From NCBI RefSeq assembly GCF_006345805.1, contig NC_043012.1, positions 43,152,001-43,216,000 of the forward strand: 64,000 bases of DNA, written 5' to 3'. Of the stretch, positions 31,467 through 44,709 are shown in pieces (position 1 is the first letter of the stretch; the number at the start of each line of letters is the position of its first letter). This DNA is from Octopus sinensis. Its lineage: Eukaryota. Under the pieces are notes generated by a model. That model saw nothing but the letters and a program-made list of their open reading frames with translations, did no database searches and was not told where the DNA came from. A program made the translations under genes and the position numbers.

Positions 31467-31877
31467 ATTATTAATCATTAGTTGATCTTTATATTAATCA
31501 TTAGTTGATCTTTATATTAATCATTAATTGATCTTTATATTAATCATTAGTTGATCTTTATATTAATCATTAGTTGATCTTTATATTAATCATTAGTTGA
31601 TCTTCATATTAATCATTAGTTGATCTTTATATTAATCATTAGTTGATCTTTATATTAATCATTAGTTGATCTTTATATTAATCATTAGTTGATCTTTATA
31701 TTAATCATTAGTTGATCTTTATATTAATCATTAGTTGATCTTTATATTAATCATTAGTTGATCTTTATATTAATCATTAGTTGATCTTTATATTAATCAT
31801 TAGTTGATCTTTATATTAATCATTAGTTGATCTTTATTATTAATCATTAGTTGATCTTTATATTAATCATTAGTTGT
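31446..31877. repeat. 23-bp tandem repeat (tattaatcattagttgatcttta), about 18 copies
   Basis: GATC recurs every 23 (occasionally 24) bp. The unit equals the LINE coding segment KDQLMIN on the minus strand. Confidence 0.95.
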
Positions 31878-31891
31878 TATAGTTGTTATAA

Positions 31892-31956
<65 letters not shown>

Positions 31957-32027
31957 GTTATTGTTATTGTTATTGTTGTTGTTGTTGTTGTTGTTGTTGT
32001 TTTTGTTTGTTGTTGTTGTTGTTGTTG

Positions 32028-32064
<37 letters not shown>

Positions 32065-32120
32065 TACTATTATTATTATTATTACTATTATTATTATTAC
32101 TATTATTATTATTATTATTA

Positions 32121-32174
<54 letters not shown>

Positions 32175-32175
<1 letters not shown>

Positions 32176-33900
32176 TCTCTTTATTACAGGTTTTGTTGGA
32201 GTTCTTGGAGCCTTGCATGCGTAGCAGGCTTACTACCTGCAGCCTACAGTAACATGATATTCGGCTTTTTTTTCCAGTTATCTAATGCTTTCCTGATTAT
32301 TCTGGACGTGTTAAGGAGGCAAACCTTTTGTAACAGTTCTACTGGGCACTCTATTTCAATTTCCATTATGTTCCCCTCGATGCCTTCTGATACTGTTCCC
32401 AAGGACCCAACAAATAATTGGCACTATCTTCACCTTCATTTTGTATGGCCGGGCTATTTCGTACTTAGTATTTATCTAGGTTTTCGCCTTCCTTCTTGAC
32501 AATTCGTAGGTCAAAGGGGCATACAATATCAACTATATAGCATATGTGGTGCACCTTGTCCACCACCACTTAGGTCCGGTCTGTTATAATCTAGCACTTA
32601 ATCTATTTGGATTGGGAAATCCCAGAGGATTTTGCTAATCTCCGACTCCGCTACTCTCTGCAGTTTGTTCTCATATCACGTCTTGCCTCTCTCTAGCTCC
32701 CACTTTTCGCAGTTCCCAACATAGAACTTTCATTACCTGATCGTGGTTTTGGGCAAGTCTGGAGCATTTGTTTAGGTTTCTCATCCTCAGTACTTTCTTC
32801 TCCACTATTTATTTGGTTATTAAATCTCTTCTGGATTGTCTCTAAACTTTTCTGTTGCTACTGATCTATTCTTTTCTGATATCTGGAAAGTTTACCTGCT
32901 ACTGCTATGGTATGTTTCAACTCTTCCATGACTGTCACAAATCCTTTCTCTTTGACTAAGTATATTTTCTCAAGAGAAGATTTGCATCTTGCGTTTCCTA
33001 GCTTGTTCACTTTCCAGCCTTCTATTCTACTCAGATCTTGTCTTAATGTCTTCATTTTATTTTGTAATCTCCTTTTCCACATTTGCTCTTTTTTAATCTT
33101 CCCTTGTGGAAACTACTACCCCTCCTTATTTATTGATAAATAAGATAGTATCTCCTATATTTTTAGGATCTATCCTACTGATAACAGAATCTACTTTCCT
33201 AGTCATATCTAGCAGCTTCCTTCTGATGGTACCTTTAATGCTGGCAATCTTTTTCTTACTTCTTTACTCATTTCTTCCTGAAACTCATCTAAAATCTTCT
33301 GATCTCCCTCACTTAAATCACTTAATCGCTGGTGCCAGTCCTCCCTTCCATATTGATAGCGCTATTATTAATAATTTTTTCTTTGATCTCTTCTTTGGTT
33401 TTGAGATCTATCATTTATGTTGTTTTTTGCCTTTCCTATTGCCCAGACATTCTTTTCCAGTTCTCTTGTGATCTTTTTCACCTCCAGTACTGTCATCGAC
33501 TCTCTTCTGATAGTATTAGCTTGATCTACTTATCTCTTCTCAGTTACTTTAAACATAACCTTCTCTACCCAGAGTGTTAACATCCGTTTTCTATAGCCCC
33601 ATCTTTTAAGTTCACTTTCTAAGTAGCACTGTATCACTATCCTGTTTTCTTCGCTGGTCCACTTCCTGCTCCTTACTCTGTTATCTACTGATGTTGTATT
33701 AGGATAACAGCCGTGGTCAGCCTGCATCTTTACTGAACCACTTCCGAGTGAGAGGCCTTCCCTAAAAGTCCAACGTCATTTTCGCTGTTACAATCAGAAT
33801 TTTTCGGAAACTCCTGTCTCTCATAAACTGAAGAAAGGTCAAATTTGTCACCAACGTCGTCGCCACAATTATTTTCCGACATCTGATAGTTTCAAGCAAC
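32175..33900 (-). mobile_element. Decayed, internally deleted R4/Dong-like LINE (family D)
   Basis: Fragments SRKWTSEENRIVIQCY, MWKRRLQNKMKTLRQDLSRI, KILWDF and LLQKVCLL. Confidence 0.75.
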
Positions 33901-34015
33901 TTTCTATTGCATCGTTTGCTGCACTTTTTGGCTGGTGAAGTTTTATTGTATTGTTGTGCGGTTCAGTTTGAGTCTTCTCTTGCATTAGTTTTTGTATTGT
34001 GTGTGTTCTTCTTCT

Positions 34016-34572
34016 TGAGTGAGAGAGTATTGCATGCCATCAAGGTGATACTGGAGTAAAATATACGAGGACCAGTATACCTATCATGACTACCTGCCTG
34101 ATAGGGGTACCCCAGGCACATGCATCACAACCATATGTGCGCGAAATGGTGATCTCACACATCAAGATAAATAGCCCATGACCTTGCTGGTGGGACCCAG
34201 TTAGAATTTTCTTCTGGTCGAGTAGCCCATCCCGCTCAAAAGGTCCCTGAATAAGGGTTATTTAAGAATGATGAACAAAACGCCCATGTTTCCAGAGGTG
34301 AATTATTCAAACCCCAAAGAATCCTTCTCAACACATGGCTATGATGCTCCCCCATTAATTCTGCTCGTGATCAGAGATGCACATATCGTCAGCCACCAAG
34401 GGACACGCTCAACTGGTTACGGTCAAGCAACTGACAAACAAATTTGTGGTATTTAGCAGAATATTTGCTGTAGCCCATCTTTTATACCAAGACAAAGCAA
34501 TGTACATGATAACACTTCCAATCAGTTAAGATCAGAAAGCACGTAGGCCACTGCCTGGTACTGCAGCAGCGC
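34016..34572 (-). mobile_element. Non-coding (AAT)n-associated repeat sharing its 5' part with the R4/Dong family C leader
   Basis: Homologous to 24132-24420 and 37600-37965 (cccatcccgctcaaaaggtccctgaataaggg...). Confidence 0.75.
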
Positions 34573-34612
34573 ATTATTATTATTGTTGTTGTTGTTGTTG
34601 TTGTTGTTGTTA

Positions 34613-34651
<39 letters not shown>

Positions 34652-34653
<2 letters not shown>

Positions 34654-34825
34654 TTATGTTTGACTTTTGCTTTGCATTTGTACAAGTTGACTCCAAGTCT
34701 CACCCGAGACCTCAAGAGACAACAAGTTAGAAGTTCATGTTGGTGTTATGCCTAGGGTGTCATATATTTGGTTTTGTACATAGTGTTGTTCTAGAGAATG
34801 TTTAAGAAACCATAAGAAAATTGTG

Positions 34826-34830
<5 letters not shown>
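34652..34830 (-). mobile_element. LINE 3'-UTR-like repeat (same family as 1-150)
   Basis: High similarity to 1-150; lies between (ATT)n tracts. Confidence 0.6.
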
Positions 34831-34904
<74 letters not shown>

Positions 34905-34908
<4 letters not shown>

Positions 34909-36248
34909 TATTTACTTTTAATCTGCATGTTTGTTACAATCACTCGCCGAGACACACCCAGCGCCCTAGGATGAATGAAGAATAAGTGATGTTACAGTAT
35001 GACTGAAAACTTGGAGAAGGAAAATAGCAGGGACAGTAGCGAAATATCTTCATGTAATACAACATAGACTTTTAAATTGATAGGGTTTTTCTAAGGATGT
35101 AGGCAGTACTTGTCAGTACAATCTTTTTGGATTTCTCTGAGACATGCTTCTCTTGGGATGTTGTCTAAATGTTTCTGGCATCCCATTTTTTTTTATCATA
35201 CGTAAGGTAGCTACACTAACAGGGAAAGTTCTTGGTTTAAGATGCCGCATCATTTGTATTTCAATTTCCAGGTCCTTACATTTGTCAAATTCCTTTACAA
35301 GTATGTTTTTTTTATCAGTGGGAACACTTACATCTATTAGTCTACAAATATTTTTTTCCCTGTCTTTAATAATTATGTCTCGTCTATAGTGACAGAGAAT
35401 AGTAACATTTTTACCTTCAGCGACTGGCTCAGGATGATGTTCACATCAGTAAGTAGGAGTGTTGATTTTGTAGTGTTTACATATTTTCTAATGTAAGTAC
35501 TGTCCTACCCTACCGAGGAGATTTTTGTATTCGTTTGGTGTCAGCAAAGGTCATCCCGAAACGAAATAGTCTATTGTTTCATCAAATTTATCCCAGACTC
35601 TGCATTTAGGGTCAAAGCCGTTTTGAAGAACGTTAGCTGGGTAGTTTTTGGTAAACAAGCTTCGGTCTTGTACCGCCAATATAAAACTTTCAGTCTCTGC
35701 TTTCAATCCTGAGCTTCTTAGCTACTGATAGTTTATGCTTGGTCTACATAAGCATTTCGGCTTCGAAGTATATACTGTCCATGTAGTGGCTTCTGGCTCC
35801 ACCGCACCTCAATTTGTTCCTGTCCGTTCTTTTTGTCAGTCTGCTTGATCCGTTTTGCTTGTTTCGTGGCAGTGGTTTCAGTTTCTTCATCTAATTCAAG
35901 ATTAATGCCGAGTTCCCTTCCGAATTTGCAAGCTTCGTTGACAATAGAATTTGACTTTCAAGTTTGCACACAAGCCGCAGCATCTAGTCCCCTATAGTAG
36001 ATAAGTACTTGTTCCTTGTTATTGTGGAGATCCTATAGCACAGCTCTATCTGCGTCATTCCTCTTCCCCATTACTTCTAGCTGGACACAGACGATCAACG
36101 TCTGCTTTTGGGTGGAGCATGTTCTTAGATGTTTCTTGTCTTCCTGTCTAGGCGTTGAAGCTCCGTAGGCTTCCAGTTAATGATATTCAAACAAGGTTTT
36201 AATGGCTTCGATGCAATTTTTTCTAGTTCAGTTCAGTTTTCAGTATGT
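34905..36248 (-). mobile_element. Decayed copy of R4/Dong family A (3' part)
   Basis: Colinear nucleotide similarity to 24538-25940, including the 3' UTR. Confidence 0.85.
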
Positions 36249-36249
36249 C

Positions 36250-37965
36250 TTATTTTTATCACGTGCTTTCACTGTACTACCAAGCAGAGGTCTGTGTGTC
36301 TTGGGTATGTGCAGTAGTTTGTTATGGTGCTCTTAATTACACTGTATTGAAAGTGTGCGGTGCCTAGTAGTGCTTTTACAATTTGTTATATATATATATA
36401 TATATATATATATTCATTTCAAATTCCACCGAGGTCGAATTTGCCTTTCCTCCTTTTGGGTTCGATGAAATAAGTACCAGTTACGCACTGGGGTCGATGT
36501 AATCGACTATCCCCCTTCCCCCCTAAATTTTCAAGGACTTGTGTCTAGAGTAGAAATAGTTATATATATTCGTAAGTAATGGTTATGTATTTGTCTGAAT
36601 TTTGTTATGTATTTGTCTGAATGTTTTATAATGATACCTAATGCGCCTATTATTATAGGAATTGTTTATATTTTTAGACTCCACATTTGGGTTACTTCTA
36701 TTTCCAGATCTTTGTATTCTGAGAGTTTCTCCGTTTCTTTTAAAAATACGATTAGAAGGCATTTTTTCTTGGTCATCTCTAACAACTATATCCAGTCTAT
36801 TAGCCTTGATTTCTCTAACTGTGTGTATTGGCATATCTCAGTGTATGTTTGCTTTGTCATTTTCTGAGACCTTTTTCTGGGTTGTGTCTATACCATCTTT
36901 TTTTTGTTATCATTCTCTAGAGTTGGCATAGCTTCCAGTGTATATAGGCCCCAACTCGGTTATGTCTGTAGATATATTCCTTAGCCAGGACGAGGCAACC
37001 AGAGACAATATAATTTATTGTTTCTTCCCCATCACCACATACTCTGCAGTTACTTGTATTTCTCTTCATTATGTGTTTCTGGTGATTTCTCGTGGAGAGG
37101 CTTTTTATTTCTGAGTATTATTTTTTCTGGGTATTATTTTTCCATAGTGTTTGTTTAGATTATGATACTCCTGTTTGGAGGGGTTTGAGAGTGTATCCGG
37201 CTTTTTTTGTGGCCGCAGAGCCTGTTGCATATATTACATTATTTAACTCGATCATATTGATGTTTGTTTCTGGTGATATTAGTTCTGTGCCGGCCAGATT
37301 TATGTTATTTATTATTGTTGCTGTCTTATCAACTTTAATTTTTGGGAGATACACTCGGTGGTCTATACTGAGATCTGTGGCTTTTAAATCCTTGATTATC
37401 CTCATTTTTCGAGTATCATAATCATGGATTCATTCTTTCCAGTTTCTAGGTTTGTTCCACGTTCCTTCCCATTTATAGTTTTGTCTGAGGTGTTCTGGTT
37501 TGGTGCATTTTGCTCATCATTATACATTCTTACAGTTTGTTGTGCTTCGTTACTTACTTCGTTTTTGTTGCGCATGTTACGTCTATCTTTTACAGTCCCA
37601 ATATGTGCACGAGATGATGATCTCATATCATGATAAAAAGTGCGTGACCTTGCAAGTGGGGCCCAGTTAAAATTTTCTTCAGGTCGAGTAGCCCATCCCG
37701 CTCAAAAGATCTCTGAATAAGTTTTGTTCTAAGGATGATGAACAAAACACCCATGTTTCCAGAAGTGAATTATTCAAACCCCAAAGAGTTCCTCTCAACA
37801 CATGGCTACTTCTGCTCGAGATCAGAGATTCATATATAGTCAGCCACTAAGAGACATACTCAACTGGTTAAGGTCAAACAATAGACAAGCAAATATGTAG
37901 TATTATACCAAGATAAAACAATGTACATGATAACACTTCCAATCAGTTAAGATCAAAAACCGTCA
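36250..37965 (-). mobile_element. Decayed, internally deleted copy of R4/Dong family C, interrupted by (TA)n + SINE, with a putative 5' UTR
   Basis: Similar to 29440-30140 (MPIHTVREIKANRLDIVV); N-terminal ORF fragments 37160-37626. Confidence 0.75.
36414..36558 (+). mobile_element. Truncated SINE family A copy
   Basis: Nin-like core and tail. Confidence 0.8.
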
Positions 37966-37967
37966 GG

Positions 37968-38006
<39 letters not shown>

Positions 38007-38089
38007 TATTATTATTGCTATTATTATTATTATTGTTGTTGTTGTTGTTGTTGATGTTATTCCTGCCATACTGGGAAGATACAGAAACT

Positions 38090-39766
38090 TGAAGCTCTGC
38101 CAACACTACAAACACGAAATCAAGTGAGAGTGCTAAACCAAGCCAACAAAAGTGGTTTACTCCCGCGGAAAAGTAAGCTTCTCCTTAACAGCAACAATGA
38201 CATGAACCACAAATGCAGCCCAGTTCACAACCGCTATAGTGAATAACGAAGATCGGATTGCACTCATGAAAAAATACAAGACGGACATTGTGGTCTTGAG
38301 AAACAGATTGATATAAGTAAGTTGAACTCAAGAATGTTTAACTGTAATGAATTAATGTTTTAAAAAGTGTGTTAAAAGAGTTAAATGAGGTCGCTCGGAT
38401 TGTTGGGTCGAATGGCCTGCATTCCATTTCCCATTATTCATAACCATCTTTTCATTCATTTTTATTTCCACCCCACCCAATTATATGTTTGTCTGTCCTT
38501 GTATTGTCCTTCTTCGTCTAGCCTCTTGTCGGTAATAAAGAAATCACAGTCGATTCCATCTCTTGTTACGGTCTGTTATATATTTATTATCAGAACTTTA
38601 TTGTGAATTTCTCCAAGCCATTTTACGGGGGAAGGAGCTAACGTAAGGGTAACTTCCCACCAAGGAAGTAATGAAAAAAATAAAGAAGAAAACGGTGATA
38701 TACAGGACGCTATCTCTGCAGACCAAATAGATAGAGGTAGCGTCCACAGAAGAAATAGAAATGGCATTGAAGCCTATTACGTATAAAATAGCTTTTGTAA
38801 AACGTAGAAAAAAATATGGTACAGTGGAGGCTCAGTTCATAGCTGAGACTAATGCCAACATACCTCGGCAAAAGAACAACAAAACTGTTCTTAAAAGGTT
38901 TCGCACCGGAAATCAAACCGACATGGCACTTGGTAGCCGCCTTCGCTAATGTAAAAGGGGAGGTAACATTTATGGAGATGAAGGAGAGAAGTGTCCGGAA
39001 CTGGTGTGGTAGGGCCGTAACAGCAACGATTCAAGCCACACCAGCAGACAACATACCAGAATTCATCATTCTTCCGAACGATACGGTGCTGAAGGTAGCC
39101 ATTCAGGGCAGAATTCCAAAGTGGTTCGGGTGTGGACAGAAGGGGTACATAAGAAAAACGCGCCCCCAGACTCTACAACCTGAAGCACGGGGAGAAAAGC
39201 AGGAGGACGCCAGTGTGCAGTAGGAGAGAGTGGAGGAGGAGGAGGTCTCAGGGGAGAAGGAGAAGAAGCAGGAGGAGGTGATGGGGGAAGACGCACCGTC
39301 GATTTCAGCGTCTACAGAAGAGGAGGTGATGGTGGAGAGAGAGATGGTCGAGACGAGAGAGGGCACACCGTTGACTTCAGCGTCTACTGAGGTAAGTAAC
39401 GGTGATTAGAATGGTGTTGGGAGGAAGAGAAAATGAAAAACACTCGTTCGCTCCCTTCCACAAACAAAAAAGTTTTAAAACAAATGGACATTCAAACAAG
39501 AACACACAAGATCACAAAACATCACAGACAAGTGGAAACTCAAAGAAAAGACAAGATAAAAAAACTGTAGCAACACTAAGTAAAGTATAAAAAAACATGA
39601 AAATTTATTTACGTTTAAAAATGTTCAATGATGTTGTTGGGCCCGGGTGACCATCGTTTCATCTTTCTCATTTTTATAATCATTCATTTTCATTTGATTT
39701 TCTTACCCCACCTCTAATGTCCTGTACTGTCCCTTCTTTGTTTGGTCCCTTCGTGGATAATAAAGG
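38090..39766 (+). mobile_element. Two further divergent Tx1/L1-type ORF1 units (end of one to ~38572; second 38580-39766)
   Basis: QGRIPKWFGCGQKGYIRK knuckle remnant; 3' UTRs at 38380-38545 and 39615-39766 align with those at 41940 and 43777. Confidence 0.6.
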
Positions 39767-39779
39767 GGTTTAGTTACGG

Positions 39780-40875
39780 CCCTAGTGGTCTGGCTCTGCT
39801 TCTCGAATTTTAGCAGCGAGATTGGCGCTCAAGCAACACCTCTAGCCGAAACACGAGGGATGCATTGTCAGAGCTAAGTTACGTGCAATGGAACAAGTGA
39901 GAATCAACATTGCTGGAGTGGCTCGTGTGGTAGAGGCCCAACGTGGCAATGATGCAATAAGGTTTTTCGCGGATCAGAAGGAGCGTTCGGTAAACAAACT
40001 CAAGTAGATGTGTAAGTTTGTTCATGAACAATTCGCCCAACTAATGGGGGGGGGGGGGCTGGAGCGGAGAGAGGACCTCACGGACTTTCTCACCGGTATG
40101 CTGCGTCTCTCGGGGCGAGAAGCAGAGTGCTGTGAGGGACCGATCACAGCTACGATGGTGGAGGAGGCTTTATCGGATTGCGGTGGAGACAAGTCGCCGG
40201 GACTCGATGGTCTACCCTTTTAAGCTGTTATAGTATGCCAGACTTGTTTGGGCGTCTACACTAACTACCACAGAATGGATACATAACTAGATCTGTGAAC
40301 CAAGGGGTTGTGGTGCTGCTTAGAAAGGACTTAAACAAGGGGGAAGTAATGGATAATTTTAGGCCCACCTCTCTGCTTAAAACAGAGTTGAAGATTTTGG
40401 CGAAGGTGTTAGCAAAAAAGGTTGGAGCGGGTAGTGGGTGAACTTGTGGGAGAGATGCAAACTTGCGCCGTCCCTGGCAGGTCTATTCGTGACAATCTCC
40501 ACCGTATACGCTACACCTAAGGACGCTTATAGGATTCCAGGTAAAGGTGGGGCTTTGGTCCATTTAGATCAGTCTAAAACATTTGATAGGGTTGACCATC
40601 GGTACCTGGCAGCAGTCCTCGAAGCGGCTGGGTTTGGACCGACCTTCCGTGGATGGATCGCCGCTCTTTCGGGTAAACGGTTTCCTTTTGGAGCCGTTCT
40701 ATATCGAGTGCTCGATCCGGCAAAGATCTCCCCTCTCATCTCTGCTGTATGTGTTGGCTCTCGAGCCTTTACTGCGGAAATTGGAGTGTATGAGGGACGC
40801 TCCGTGAGTTCTCGGATGTGGAAGGTCAGTTATGGCATATGCGGACGACATCACCATCATCGTATCCGTGGCCCA
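39780..40875 (+). mobile_element. Decayed Tx1/L1-clade ORF2 (RT) fragment
   Basis: KSPGLDGLPF, FRPTSLLKTELKILAK, LDQSKTFDRVDHRYL, SIRQRSPLSSLLYVLALEPLLRKL, AYADDITI. Confidence 0.85.
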
Positions 40876-41149
40876 ACACCAACAATGGACTGTTATAACA
40901 CCTACGTCGGGCTGTTATAATGCCCACTCCGGTATAACAGTATAATTAGTTAGACAAGTAAAACACGACTATCTATGACTAACTTTCCGACGTCACAGTA
41001 TTTGTAACAACTATGACATTCCATTGGTCACGTGGGAGGGGTGTACCACTATTATTATTATCATCCTCATAACATCTCCCCTTTTAAGTTTTTTTTCTTA
41101 GGGAGTGTAATTTTATTTCTTTTATTAGCAATAAATTTTTCATCATCGA

Positions 41150-42141
41150 TGTTGTCTTGCTTGTGGCGGCGATATTGTAAGGATTGTGGTCTTCCAGGCG
41201 ACAAGTATACCATAGAGAAATTGGTACGGGTAAGGTCTGGAGATGGTCTTCCAGGCTGCTCCGGAGACCTGGAGAGGATAGTCGACACCATAACGGTGGG
41301 CGACGAAGTAAAATTAAGTGTTATGGTGGAAGGCAGGAAGCCCTGTTGTTACAAGTGTGCCAGAAAGGCTACATAAGAGCGGAGTGCCCTCTCCCGCAGT
41401 AAATGCAACAGCGGCACTACCTTCTGCGACGACAAATGCGGTGGGAGCCTGGCGAAAAGTAAAGGAAGGAGGACCAAGTGAAGGAAGAAACAAAGGATGA
41501 GTGGAAAACGGTCAGTATAAGAAAAAGATGATGTTAACCCCCACATTACCCCCACCCGCCCCCTTCAGACACCAACCTTCACCCTGCCTCGCCAGACACT
41601 GACCCCCATCCCTGTCCCTACAGATACACAAGCAAACACAGAGGAGTCTCAAATCCTCCAGCCCCCACTCCGAGAAAAGTGCCGCATTGTTATGTACAAT
41701 GCCTTGAGTAGGAAATAGAAAATTTGTATTCCTTTGTAAAAGTTGATATTTCGTTGTGTGAGGGGATTCCCTCTCATATAAGATGCGCACTTATTTAAAA
41801 AGAGAACTGTCAAAGACCTAAAGAGACGTTCGGAGAGAATATTGCCTCCCTGGAAAGGGAAGTTGACATCGACGGAGTACCTTTAACGGTTAAGTCTATG
41901 CGATATATATTCATAGACTTGAAAAGGACGTTTAATTGTATTAAAGAGTTTCAATGAGGTCACATGAAATGTGGGGTTCAAGTAGCTTTCATTTCACCCC
42001 TTCATTAATTTCACCACATCCTTTTGTTTCATTCGTTTTTATTTCTTCCCCACATGTGCTGTCCTTGTGCCGTTCCATCTGCGTTGAGACCCTTAGTGGT
42101 TAATAAAAAATACACAATCGATCCCATCACTCGTGTTACGG
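41150..42141 (+). mobile_element. Truncated Tx1/L1-type ORF1-only unit
   Basis: VMVEGRKPCCYKC..KGYIRAEC; colinear with 42900-43965. Confidence 0.7.
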
Positions 42142-42149
42142 TAAGTGGA

Positions 42150-43965
42150 TTATTTTCAAGGTTTATTGTTAATTAATTTACGTTGAATTTTTTTGCAGGT
42201 TTTTTCTTGGGAATTCCTTTTCAGGCTTGTTTTCCGTTGTTTCCTCCGTTTGGGGGCGAATCATTTATATTTTGTGTAGGTTGTGTCTACACAAAATGGA
42301 TGACGATATGTCGTACAAACTAATGGAAAGCGAAGTTGATTCGGAATATACCAGTGATTCTGGTGATAGCAATGATAATTACGCGGCCGCGGTAAGCAGG
42401 CGCTTTAAGTGCTATAACATCAAGCCAGAAACTGTAAGAAAGTTCCAGACAATTGTACAGGGGGAGGGAACAAACGTAAGGTTGTGTCTTCCCAAGGAGG
42501 TCATGGAAATTACGAAGGAATCTGTTGTGTAAGGCGGGAGTTGGAGAGGTGCAAGGATATAATGAGAAGAGAGGGGCACGAAATTAAGGTGAGCCCGCCT
42601 AGCGAGGTTACAAAGTCTACGACGTTAAAGACAATTGCGTACAGAACGTACAATTTGAAGTTAAAAAGAATTGAGGTTACAACAAAGCAACAGGTGGAAA
42701 TGGCATTAAAGTCCATCTGGCAGGACGTTTGATACCTTGCCAGAGGGAAGAAGTGCACAACAGTAGAGGTGAGGTTGCAAACCGAGGAGAAAGCCAGGCA
42801 GCACTCAGTGACCTCCATTAGGACAGACGAGGTGGTTCTTCTGCCAATTTACTTTGGAAGGTGTGCTACCAGGGTAAGGGTTGAAGAAATCCCTCCAGTA
42901 GTCGATGTTGCCTGGCTTGTGATGGTGCCAGGCTGGAGGATAGAATTGTGACCCTCCAGGTTATAAGGATACCGCAGAGAAACTGGTAAGGGCAAGGACT
43001 GGAGATGGTCATCAAGGCCTCCCCGAAGGATTTGGAGAATATTGTAGATACTAAGGTTTGTGGTGGATGGCAGAAAGCCCCGTGGTTTCAAGTGTGGCCA
43101 AAAAGGCTACATAAGTGCAGAGTGCCTTCTACCGTCCCGGACATGTATCATTGGTCCTTCAGGTCAGGAAAGAAATCGCACCTCCACCTCCTGCGATGAC
43201 AAATGCAGTGGGAGGAGCCTTGCGACAAAGAAAAGAAGGAAAACCAAGTGGAGGAAGTAGCAGAGAATGAGTGAAAGACAATAAAAGGAAGACAAAAAGC
43301 AAGAGAAGGACCCAATCTGTTGATGTTTACCTCCACCTACTCCCGCTTTACCCCACCCTGCCCCACTCAAACCCACCCTACCCCTACAGACACCAAGCCT
43401 CATCCTACCCCACCATACACTAACCCCAACCCTGCCCCCACAGATACACAAGCAAACACAGGAGCCTCAAATCCCCAGTCCCGACCCCGAGAAAAGTGTT
43501 GCATTATATCATACAATGCCCATAATGAAGGGCTGTTGAAAGAGTTGGAGAAAGTAAACACCATGGAAAAAAATTGATATTTCTATGTGCGAGGGTTTTC
43601 CACACATGTAAAATGTGTTCTTATTAACAGCTAGCACTATTGTAAACTGAGAGAGACGTTCGGGGCGACTCTTCATTCCGTAGAAAAGGAAATCGCCATG
43701 GAAACACTACTTGCAACAGTGAATCGACAAGATTTTATTTCATAGACTTTGAAAGAACTTAAAAGTTATAAATTGTGTTAAAAAGTTTCAATGAGGTCAC
43801 TTGGAATATGGGGGTTCGAGTGGCTACCATTTCACCGTTTCGTTAATTTCATACCATCCTTTTTTGACATTCATTTTTATTTTTCCCACTTTGTGCTATC
43901 CTGTGTTTAGATCCTTAGTGTTCAATTAAAAATAAACGATCGATTCTATCGCTACAGTATCACGG
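42150..43965 (+). mobile_element. Tx1/L1-type ORF1-only unit (decayed ORF1 followed directly by the 3' UTR)
   Basis: MDDD..YAAAV start, RVRVEEIPP, knuckle-like GRKPRGFKCGQKGYISAEC, Pro-rich tail, then the shared 3' UTR. Confidence 0.7.
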
Positions 43966-44709
43966 TTGATGGTGTCACCCCTTCTCATACGTTCTGCTGT
44001 TGGTTGTGCATCCGCAGTTTACGGCTATTTGATCCTTGTTCCTATACCTGTGCCTATGGAATCAGCAAATTACAAAACTTGAGCTCATCGGCGCCGCTGC
44101 CGTTGTTGTTTATTACCAAATCTTTTTTCGGAAGCTGCGTGAATTTGTACTTTGTTTTCCTTATTATAAATCTTTTTTGTTGATTTTATTGTTCTATCTT
44201 GTTTCTTAGCTGACCAGAGCCATAAAGCTTTTAGTTACTTGCTTGACGGAGCTAAATTTCAAAAGAGTGAAATTGTTTTTCGAGACATGAAAATAATTTC
44301 AAAATGGCGTAGTCTTCGTTTCTGAGCCAAGAAGAGAAGAAGGTGAGACAAGGTTTTGAATAGAAATCGTCTTTCACTGACAGCTTCTCCTGCATCATTC
44401 TTCTGACCTTATTAAAAATAACAATAACAATATCAGTAACCACAACAGCACTAATAACAGCAATAGCAGCAACATGTCAAGCAAAGATGCTCAAAAAAAT
44501 AATAATCAGCAGCAGCAGCAACAGCAACAGAGGCAAGCCGTGCATTGTCAACACTACCACTACCATCAACACCACCACCACCACCACCATGAATATCATT
44601 ACCGCCGTCACTGCCATCATCACCATCATCATCATCATCAACGGGCAAATAAGTAATAACGAGTCTGACACTCAACAGTTGTAAATGCCACCCAAAATTA
44701 CTTCTATTA

